Source: Flaccisagitta enflata (lineage: Eukaryota). Taken from it: a stretch of 64,000 bases of DNA. This document shows positions 54,324 through 64,000 of this stretch, in pieces; the first letter of the stretch is position 1, and every line of letters begins with the position of its first letter. The position numbers were made by a program, and so were the translations under genes. The stretch spans positions 46,748,001 to 46,812,000 of the forward strand of contig OZ231126.1 of NCBI GenBank assembly GCA_965153355.1, in the 5' to 3' direction. A model generated the notes under the pieces. It worked only from the letters and a program-made list of their open reading frames with translations, did not search any database and was not told the origin of the DNA.

Positions 54324-55677
54324 GGGGGAAGCGCCTGAGAGCTAAATTATTCCAGTGGCCTGATGTCTAAAAATGATTTTGGCCTGAGTTCTAAAAAAAA
54401 AGTTTAGACATCAGGCCAATTTGAAACAAAAAGTCATGGCATAGTTTGAAAATCTTAATGCGCCTGACAGCTAAAAAGTAAGCGCCTGATGTCTAAAAAA
54501 GAGGAAGGCATTGAAAAGCATTTATGAAAAACAGATATAAGAAACTGATATGAGAAACAGAGATAGATAGATTGATGAACCAAAGGAACAACAGACAAAC
54601 AGTAGTCCGCAATAAAGACACATTAGAAATTAGAAAAGGCAGTACATGGTGGAGTATGAACAAGCAATAGTAAAGTCTTTTTGCAAATAGTATGTATAAC
54701 TAGAAATTGTTTATTGATATCTTTGAGAACTCTTATGCACCTGCCATTAAAACAAACCCACCTATAAGGTATATTACTAATTACTGTCCTTTAAAAGATT
54801 TTATATTTTCAGTTGCATGCACGCAACTCTATGACCCGCTCTGTCTGTCTTTTTGTCTGTCTGTCTGTCTGTTTGTCTGTCTGCCTGTTGGTCCATCATG
54901 CTTAGCTTTTTTTGTTTTTTTTTTTTATATCATTTTATGCGATTGAAAGTCATTTTAAGTCATTTCAGGTCATGATAAGTCATTTTGGTCTCTTAGTCTT
55001 TAAGTCTAAGTCTCTTAGTCTTATAGTGATCTAATCATTTAGTCTTTTGGTCTTTTGGTCTTAACAACTGCACGCAACCATAAGGTGTTGGTCTTGTTTT
55101 TAGTCGCGTGTACGCGACTCTACAACCCGCTCAGTTTGTCAGTTGGTTGGTCTGTCACACTTTGATTTTTTAGCTTTTACGAGCCGTTTTTGGGTAACTG
55201 CTCCTACCCAACTACTTAGTTGGTCTTTCTCATCACTGCCTTTGCCCACCAGCACGCGACTTAGGTTGTTGTATATTTAGCCTTATTTGAATTTGAAAAA
55301 AAGGTGATTCACTATAACGCATGTATTTGCATGGTCCCTTGAAATACGGTCTAGGAGCACAACTGTAATGTGTATTTAAAGAAAAATATCATCATATAAA
55401 TCATTTGTGAAGGGATGAGACTTGATTTGTGTATTGTTTCAAATGGGGCTTAAAGCCTTTTTTGTTCCCTTTTATCATTCTCTACTTCCCTCCTTTTTTA
55501 GAACTCAGGCCAATCATTGAGAGAAATTTTAGAAGTTAGACCACTTTTTCTGATTTTTTTTAGAAATAAATTGCTTCAAAATTGGCTGCAGAGCTAAAAA
55601 GATATTTTAGCTGTTGGGCCAATCTGTCATGGAAAAATTTTAGCTGTTGGGCGCTTTAGCTGTGGGGAGATACACCC
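54324..55677. mobile_element. GGG...CCC element with an 8-bp TSD and subterminal repeats (Merlin- or MULE-like), inserted in an older palindromic MITE (about 54245-55805)
   Basis: TSD GTATAGAA (54316-54323 and 55678-55685); CCTGATGTCTAAAA and TTTAGCTGTTGGGC repeats; host arms AGGCACCGCGTCATCAATGCT and AGCATGGATGATGCGGCGCCT. Confidence 0.7.
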
Positions 55678-56181
55678 GTATAGAATGCCTATGGAAGGAA
55701 TCTCTCTCAGAACTACAGCAAGCAATTCTATTCAACTATAGCATGGATGATGCGGCGCCTAGATCAAGTACAAATCGATTTTATTGGAAAAAAGTCGAAT
55801 TATGTAATTCGACTTTTTGAAACGTGGGGTAGAAATAAAGTTTTCCCATTTTGCTTTGAGGCAATTTTAGGAAGTTGTGCCATTTTCCGGGCGGGAGTAT
55901 ACATTTTTTGATATTCACAGCAAGGAAAGAGCTTATTTTTCTCTTTCAAATGGCGCCAACCAGAAGTCTCTACGATCATTAGTTTTGGCGTTATGAATTT
56001 TTTAATTTTTTTTTATTTTTTCGTATTTTTGCAAAAATTGATATTTTTTATTGTTCTCAATTTTTCACCTATAAGTAACAATAGGAACGAAAAAAGATGT
56101 TACGCATATTGACTTAAAATTTTATGACGCTAGCTTTGATATTTCAATTTGCTTTAGAGAGAGAAAGAGAGAGAGATAGAA

Positions 56182-56213
<32 letters not shown>

Positions 56214-56269
56214 AGGGAGAGGGAGGGAGAGGGAGAGAGAGAGAAAGAGAAAGAAAGAGAAAGAGAGAA

Positions 56270-56310
<41 letters not shown>

Positions 56311-56314
56311 CACA

Positions 56315-56478
<164 letters not shown>

Positions 56479-57010
56479 CACACTCACTCAAAGACCAAGA
56501 GGAAAAAAAGACACAGAGAGACAGATATTGAATAACAAAAACAGACAAGCAGTCAACCAAATGTCATGAGATGCTCACACTGAAGAACATGCACAGAAAA
56601 AAAAGACTCCCATTTACAACTTTTTTCCAGTCGGCGAGAGCCGCCTTTATTGGTAATGAGGTGGTGCTCTAATTATACAAATGGAACATGAAAAGTGCTT
56701 GAAAATTACTTTCTGTTCCAATACCCAAATTGAGCCCATTGTAGTCCATACGCCCATGATTGTGATTGCTGATATCAAGAACTATGATCTGGAGATGTGA
56801 TACGTTTTCAGTTCAATATCCGCCCTCGATCTCACCATTTCCTGTTTATCTTTCCTTTGGAACTTATTGCATGCGCGTTTTAATCAGAAAAGTAAACTAC
56901 ATAGGAAAAACATATGTGAAAAAGGCGATGAATAACATTATAAAACCAAAGGTGGGTTCGTCAAGTCGTCCGTACCGTGTTCTGGTTCTCTGTTTGACTT
57001 TTATTTGTCC

Positions 57011-57111
<101 letters not shown>

Positions 57112-57312
57112 CTCTCTCCCTCTCTCTCTCTCTTCAACATTTGTTTGTTTATAAACACATCGCCAATATAACTTGTAAGACCTAGTTCTATTTAAAGGCA
57201 CGTCACGAGGTGCCACTTCATGATATTTCTCTTCCCTTCTTTCTGCAAGTAACATGACTCAACTTCTCAAAGGACTCATTTGTTCCGTTAATGAGGTTCG
57301 TTTGTGTTCATA

Positions 57313-57854
57313 CAGTTTGTTCCAACTCGTTTGCAACATTATACGACGGCATAACTACAGAAGTGATAGAGATAATTTAGTTCTGGAAATAGTCTATACT
57401 GGGCAATAGTTTGGCATTTTATGATAATTGTTTCTGGTGACTTTTTCGAAAAATCTAATCTTCCTAATATCTCATGAACTTAAAATCATGCTTTGCAAAG
57501 TTTTCCTGTTGTGTGAACAATATGTTTTCTTTATGTTGCTCTTATTTTCAAAGTGTTTTAAAATTTTCATACCAGATAGGATTCAAATATAAGACATTTT
57601 GATGCAATTCATAAAGATAGAGAAAAAACAGTCTATGAATGTAGTTTATTGAAAAAAAGAGAGAAAAATGACCTTTTTAGCATAATCGGACAAACAGCTC
57701 CTTTGACTGTGAAAAGTATAAAAAATCCCTGAGAATTGGTCAGTATAAGATGCCAAACAATTATCTTTTAGATATTCTTTTCAGAATTAGATTATCTCTT
57801 TTACTTATTTAGTTATACCGTTGTATAATGTTGCAAACGAGTTGAAACATACTG
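57313..57854. mobile_element. Tc1/mariner-type MITE
   Basis: TA|CAGTTTGTTCCAACTCGTTTGCAACATTATAC ... GTATAATGTTGCAAACGAGTTGAAACATACTG|TA. Confidence 0.85.
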
Positions 57855-57939
57855 TATGTGAAGTAAGGCAAATCGGATATAGTTAGGGTATTGTTACTTG
57901 TTTGCGCGAAATCGATCCTTTTTGGGCAGCGGCCCCATA

Positions 57940-58535
57940 ACTATGGCAAAGAAAAAAAGCGAACACTTTGTTTTGCTAGTTTCTGCTCAACTATGGGCCT
58001 GAACCATAGAAAATCCATGACCGTTTTAAAGCTCTGCAAAAAATCTTCCAAATGCGACGTTGCTGGTCATTGTAGCTTTATTCGTTTAGAAATGGCAATG
58101 GTTTGAAGAAAAATATCGCCGATTGAAAAAAGCGCTTATTTCAACTTTTTTCCAATGAGCGATTTTAGTCTTTCCGTTTTTGTCAATAATGCAGCTCAGG
58201 ATTGTCTTAGCTACTCGTTATCCATGAGCAAATTAAAGAGCTTCAAATTTTCTTTAAAATGGCGCCAAGAATGATTTTTTAACTCAATGCGTTTAGTTTT
58301 TATGTAAGAATAAAGATAACCCATGAAAGTGGCGTAGTGAATTTCCAAATTCTTGACCACCTGTCTTCATTCTAATGCCATTTCTGAACGGATAGAGCTA
58401 GAACATCCAGCAAGGTCTCACTTGAAAGATCTTTCGCAGATCTTTAAAATGGTCATGGATTTTGCTATGTTTTTCTCATTGCTTGTATCTGAAACATTGA
58501 CAAACAAGTTGTTCGCTTTTTTTTTTTGCCATAGT
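57940..58535. mobile_element. 596-bp MITE, copy 1 (TA TSD)
   Basis: TA|ACTATGGCAAAGAAAAAAAGCGAACA ... TGTTCGCTTTTTTTTTTTGCCATAGT|TA. Confidence 0.9.
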
Positions 58536-58773
58536 TAGGGCCGATGTCCTGTTGGACACAGGGGTGAATTTCCAGATGTCTGTCCGTCCGTCTGTACGTC
58601 CGTCTATCCCCCCCCCCCATTAAAGCGTCTGAGCCTCATGTTCCCATTGAAAAACATGGAACATTGAAGAAATGCAAAATTTCCATTGAATAACATGGAA
58701 AATTGATAAAGAAATGAAAAAAATATCAAATTCCCATTGAATAACATGGAAAATTTACTAGAAGTTAAAAATA

Positions 58774-59054
58774 CAGTCGAGCTTCACTAGAGCGCACCCG
58801 CTAATTAGGCATCCCCCGCTATTTGGCATGATTTCAAAAGTCCCAACTTTTTTGCCTTTGTTTTATTGTTGAGGAAACCCGTCTATAGCGCACCCGCCTA
58901 CAAGGCAAATTTCACTAGAAGGCATGAAAAAGTGGTGAGATAAAGTTTTTTGTGCTCGCTTAGAAGGCATCAAGAAGGAAAAGAAGAAGAAGAAGAAGAA
59001 GAAGAAGAAGAAGAAGAAGAAGAAGAAGAAGAAGAAGAAGAAGAAGAAGAAGAA

Positions 59055-59101
<47 letters not shown>

Positions 59102-59818
59102 AGAAGAAGAAGAAGAAGAAGAAGAAGAAGAAGAAGAAGAAGAAGAAGAAGAAGAAGAAGGAGGAGGAGGAAGAGGAGGAGGAAGATGTGGTTAATGAGA
59201 TGGATGATTTTTATGACGATATCAATATTGCCCAAATTTCGATGATGATTCCAATGCATCGATGACGATAATTCCGATGCATTGCGATGACGATGAACAA
59301 GATGAAGAGGGTGCAGAAAGCATCAACTTACGAGGTTGCCAATGACGATGATGTCGATATGAAATTGGGAATGATGCTGCCCACAGCTACCAGTTATTTT
59401 TCAAGTGCTATCTTAACTCAAATATGAACAAGAAATAAGAATGAGATCTTGACGCCACAACATTGGTAGAATCATTGGCCTTGATTTAGGACTAAAAACT
59501 TGTCTTTTCTCATGTGCTTTGTCCATCTACCTCCAGACAGTTTTGTCCTTCACATGGTTTATTCTTAGTTTGTAGGTTCCTCTTTGTTTGCCAGTCTGTC
59601 TACATATGGTTACTCGTCTATCTCTGTTTAGTATTGAGTCTTCATCATTTTTCCTCCCACATGGCATTGGGTAGATCACTCTGACAAGAACAACCTGTAA
59701 GAAAGAATCAATAATCAATGTTCACCATAGAGAAAGTCATGCTTGGCAATAAGGCATCCCGCCTTGAAGGCATAAAATGTGTAGGTCCCTTCAAATGCCT
59801 TCTAGTGAAGCTTAACTG
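58774..59818. mobile_element. pogo/Tigger-like non-autonomous element with internal (GAA)n
   Basis: TA|CAGTCGAGCTTCACTAGA ... TCTAGTGAAGCTTAACTG|TA. Confidence 0.85.
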
Positions 59819-59869
59819 TATGGGAAATCCCTATTGAATAAAATGGAAAATTGACAAAATTTTGAAATA

Positions 59870-60465
59870 ACTATGGCAAAGAAAAAAAGCGAACACTTTG
59901 TTTTGCTAGTTTCTGCTCAACTATGGGCCTGAACCATAGAAAATCCATGACCGTTTTAAAGCTCTGCAAAAAATCTTCCAAATGCGACGTTGCTGGTCAT
60001 TGTAGCTTTATTCGTTTAGAAATGGCAATGGTTTGAAGAAAAATATCGCCGATTGAAAAAAGCGCTTATTTCAACTTTTTTCCAATGAGCGATTTTAGTC
60101 TTTCCGTTTTTGTCAATAATGCAGCTCAGGATTGTCTTAGCTACTCGTTATCCATGAGCAAATTAAAGAGCTTCAAATTTTCTTTAAAATGGCGCCAAGA
60201 ATGATTTTTTAACTCAATGCGTTTAGTTTTTATGTAAGAATAAAGATAACCCATGAAAGTGGCGTAGTGAATTTCCAAATTCTTGACCACCTGTCTTCAT
60301 TCTAATGCCATTTCTGAACGGATAGAGCTAGAACATCCAGCAAGGTCTCACTTGAAAGATCTTTCGCAGATCTTTAAAATGGTCATGGATTTTGCTATGT
60401 TTTTCTCATTGCTTGTATCTGAAACATTGACAAACAAGTTGTTCGCTTTTTTTTTTTGCCATAGT
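59870..60465. mobile_element. 596-bp MITE, copy 2 (TA TSD)
   Basis: Appears identical to copy 1 at an offset of 1930 (identical 61-aa ORFs at 58353 and 60283), but with different flanks. Confidence 0.9.
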
Positions 60466-61350
60466 TAAATGCACAATTCAGATTTAATAATGTGGATAAT
60501 TTACAATGAAATGGAAAAAATTCAATGTTCTCATCGGAAGAAAAGTAGCCCCAAAGGCCTCAAATGTGCCTTCTCAGGATGTCTGGAAATTCACCCCTGG
60601 GTCCTACAGGACATCGGTTTTTTGGGGCCGCTGCCCCACTCTCACTCCATTTCTGCAGCTAATCACTCTAAGCAGGGCATCGGGTACCGCTGACCATGTG
60701 CGATCCTTGGATGACTAGTTATATTTGCTGTATATGTGGAGCGTAACATGATAAAGCGCATTTTAGCAGCGTGGCCTCTGCGTTTTGGAAGGTGACTTCC
60801 GTCGCTTCGTTAATCGGCATATGATGCTAATGACATTTAAAAATCATACCATACCAAGCGTCCATGAATGTAGAAAATACTGTTGACGGCTTCCTATGGG
60901 GCATGGGAGTGGGGTGGCCGAAAGGAAAACATGGACAAAATAATTTGATTATGGAAATGTCAAATATGGTGTAAAAATTGATGGTTTGCGCGAAACTTCG
61001 TTCTGGATCTACCGGTGATAGTGCCTAACGTGTAGGTACATCGCTTCCCCTTACATTGTTATTGAAGGCAAACGTAATTCAACAATTTACGGACATGATT
61101 CCAGCAACTGGATGATAAGTCTCAAATAGTGTCTGTCAACTACGGTGGTCTTTTCACTCAATCTTTCCTGTGCCATGGTCGTTAGAGCAAGTTGAAACCT
61201 AGATTGATCAGTAACATCGCGTGGGCAGGGGTGGGCAGGGGCAACCCCCCATGATATTGATCGATTGGCAGATGGATCAACCAAAGCGACTAACATGCTT
61301 GTGACTGAAAATCTTCCCTCAAACGATGGGGCAAAAGTAAAAATATAATA

Positions 61351-61527
61351 CAGTGGGACCCCGCAATAAGAGACTCACTTTTAAAGGTTCCCCATCAATA
61401 AAGGTCAACAATCTAAGGTCCCAAATGATAGTTTCTGGTGTGATTTCACCTCTCTTTAAAGGTGAACCTGAAAAAAAAGGTGAAAAATCCTCAGTCCTAA
61501 TGGGACCGATGAGGCGGGGTCCTACTG
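61351..61527. mobile_element. Short pogo-type MITE
   Basis: TA|CAGTGGGACCCCGC ... GCGGGGTCCTACTG|TA. Confidence 0.8.
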
Positions 61528-62283
61528 TAGTTACTTAACAAAGAACCAAAATCTCGCTCTTCTCTAGCTCTGCCAAAAGACCAGGTCACAATATGCAATA
61601 AACGCAAAAACAAATATTCAATAACGATGATAGAATTACGCTTATAACCGATGAAGCTAATCAGTCGACAGAGATTCGTTGCTGCATTTAGTTTTAGATT
61701 TGTCATGAATAATTTTTCAGCCTTACATCAATTGTATTTAACGTTTGTGCCCAATGAGCATTAGCTGCCCGTACAGTGTACGGCGTACACACATGCACAT
61801 TTCAACATAACTCAGTCACTAAACATTCAGGCTACTACAACTTCTAGACCAAGCTTTGATGAATAGGAAAAATAATCATCGATGCTTCTCCTTATTAATA
61901 GCTATGCATTGAAAATTGCTTGACGATGATTTTTGACGACACATCATCAAACATTATTCCGTGCCATCTGCTATAGGCAGATATGTTGAATATCAGTGAT
62001 ATGGACAATTTTACCATTTTTCTGCCAGCTGTGAAGCTTATACCGTATAAGTTTTATCATTCCCCCTCCCTGCTATTGCTCAAACAAATTATGATTGTAG
62101 AATTACTTATGAGAAATGTTATTTGCAATTTCGATCAACTTCATCAAAGCATCCCTGTACCATTTTAACAAATTTGTGAGATAGAAGGGGTATGACGGAA
62201 TTTGATACGATAACGGGTTACACTTGGCGTATTGTGACAAAAGTCTTCGTTTGCCCGTTATTATGTTTTTTTTTTCGCATCAG

Positions 62284-62441
62284 GCCCGGATTTTTGGAAA
62301 TTTGATTTGCCGAATCCTTTGTTGGGCAATCGGTTGTTCCAAGTTCAAAGTGGATATCCAAAGGAAATCGGCCTTTGGAATCTTCCACCGCCTTTCAGTA
62401 CAGAAGGAATCGACGCCGCTTTTTGGTCCGAGTCTACTTAA
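62284..62441 (+). CDS. MMP exon 7: hemopexin repeat; 3' end uncertain (stop at 62439-62441, or a weak donor at 62426)
   Basis: Acceptor T-tract CGCATCAG|GC, phase 1. Hand translation gives GPDFWKFDLPNPLLGNRLFQVQSGYPKEIGLWNLPPPFSTEGIDAAFWSEST*, with FWKF, GYPK and IDAAF hemopexin motifs. Confidence 0.82.
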
Positions 62442-62597
62442 GTCATTTTTAAGCACTGTTGGTCTCCTTCTGTCTTTGTCTCTGTCACTGTCTCTTTATC
62501 ACTCTGTCTCCCTCAATGGCGCAATAAAGAATACAAGCGATACAATATCGTGCCTCTAACACCACTGTCTCTTTTTCCCTGCCTATCTGCATCGCTG

Positions 62598-62791
<194 letters not shown>

Positions 62792-62929
62792 CCAATCTGT
62801 CTATCTGTCTTTCTTTCCCTCTCCCCAGGCATATATTTGGGATTTCTTTAGACAGACGGTGATGGTAAATTCAACGATGCGGATGGCGGCATAACCTCGT
62901 TAAAGTCAAAGTTAATCACAATGTAATGG

Positions 62930-63186
62930 TCTTATGGCATTTGTAGATATGTCAGCAGTTTGGTGCATCACAACCATTGAGATCTCTAATTCTGGCACAT
63001 TTCAACGCATTGAGATTCCTTATTCTGGCACATTTCAAAGCGTTGAGATTTCTCATTCTACGAGATTTATCTCAGTAGAATGAGAGATCCCAATGTGTTG
63101 AAATGTGCCAGAATGAGAGATTTCAATGCGTTGAGGTGTGCCAAACTGCTGACATATCTACAGATACTATAATGTCCATAGACTGT
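62930..63186. mobile_element. Palindromic element with internal repeats of about 33 bp
   Basis: TGTAGATATGTCAGCAGTTTGG and CCAAACTGCTGACATATCTACA arms; ATTCTGGCACATTTCAA repeated and inverted. Confidence 0.7.
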
Positions 63187-63537
63187 ATGGTACTGTCTAC
63201 AAAAAACAATTATGCAAATTTTCCCCATTGTCCGAAGAAGTGTCTTTTCAGTGTAAAAGAAGAAAGTTTCTTTTTATGATCTTACTTTGTCTTTATTTCA
63301 CAGAAAGATCTCCAGAATCCTACCTCATTTCTTTCTTTGTAAATCTTTATTTAACAGGTCATCACCGCACAAACCCAAACACCAGTAGATTTAGATAATA
63401 GAATTGCCTCTCCGCATTGCGCTACATTTGTAACAACCCCCTCCTCTACAGACCGACCTCGTTTACTTGCTGTGAATTTAGTCTGGACTACCATTCACAC
63501 ATTTCGTTTGCAATCATTGGGTTTTCACTCTCCTTTT

Positions 63538-63926
63538 TTAGTCGCGTGCATGCGACTCTACAACCCGCTCTGTCGGTTTGTACGTCGGTCCATCGGTCCG
63601 TCGGTCCGTCAGTCCATCCGTCGGTCTGTTCGTCAGTCCGTCTGTCACACTTTATTTTCTTATCATACTTTGAGTTATTTTTAGTCATTCTAAGTCATTT
63701 TTAGTCATTCTAAGTCATTCTAAGTCATTCTAAGTCATGTTAAGTCATACTAAGTTATTCAAAGTCACTTAAGTCAAATAGGTCAAAGTAGTCATTTCAG
63801 TCATTTTATGTCTTTTAAAGTCATTTAAAGTCGTCTTGAGTCATTTTAAGTCATCTTGAGTCAATAAAAGTTATCTTAAGTTATCTATGTCCCGCACGCG
63901 ACTTATAGGTGTTGGCCTTGATTTTT
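63538..63926 (+). mobile_element. HINE with an internal 10-bp TAAGTCATTC array
   Basis: Same 5' and 3' ends as the 1012-3040 element. Confidence 0.75.
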
Positions 63927-64000
63927 ATCATGGAAAAATTAAAAAGAACATTCAATCTTTCTGGTTATGATAAAACTAATTTCGGGTGACGAACAATTCC

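Larger units (their letters stand above)
57918..60720 (+). mobile_element. HINE-like family B host carrying three nested insertions
   Basis: Left GGGCAGCGGCCCC|...GATGTCCTGTTGGACACAGGGGTGAATTTCCAGA and right TCTGGAAATTCACCCCTG...GGGGCCGCTGCCC inverted repeats; tail GGGTACCGCTGACCAT as in the 20752 and 40415 copies. Confidence 0.7.

Noticed and set aside
58353-58538. Duplicated 61-aa ORF (also 60283-60468) as a gene pair
   Set aside because: Lies within the two MITE copies and runs through the TIR; no protein features.

Overview
This is eukaryotic (invertebrate-type metazoan) genomic DNA, rich in introns, microsatellites and transposons; I cannot identify the species. Two divergently oriented spliced genes can be reconstructed with phase-consistent GT-AG junctions. 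(1) A kynurenine formamidase (AFMID-like alpha/beta hydrolase) lies on the minus strand (exons 17809-17623, 7530-7118, 5205-5016); I found no further exon in the window. (2) A matrix metalloproteinase of family M10A lies on the plus strand (exons 28415-29010, 35091-35256, 39773-39942, 48102-48242, 48775-49400, 51432-51554 and 62284 onward), with a PRCGMPD cysteine switch, an [12 protein letters not shown] zinc site, a Met-turn, a long Thr-rich hinge and an incomplete hemopexin domain. The rest is non-autonomous DNA transposons: many Helentron-associated HINE/DINE-1-like elements, plus terminal inverted repeat (TIR) elements with TA and 3-, 4-, 5-, 8- and 9-bp target-site duplications (TSDs), often nested. 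The most interesting signals are: a frame-preserving 210-nt candidate cassette exon inside the MMP catalytic domain; a recurring AAAG-N13-CTTT-type cis-motif shared by transposons with different termini; unusual low-complexity insertions in both proteins; HINE copies carrying internal minisatellites; and two apparently identical MITE copies 1.93 kb apart. All calls were made by eye, with no database search or alignment run, and repeat boundaries without a stated TSD are approximate.
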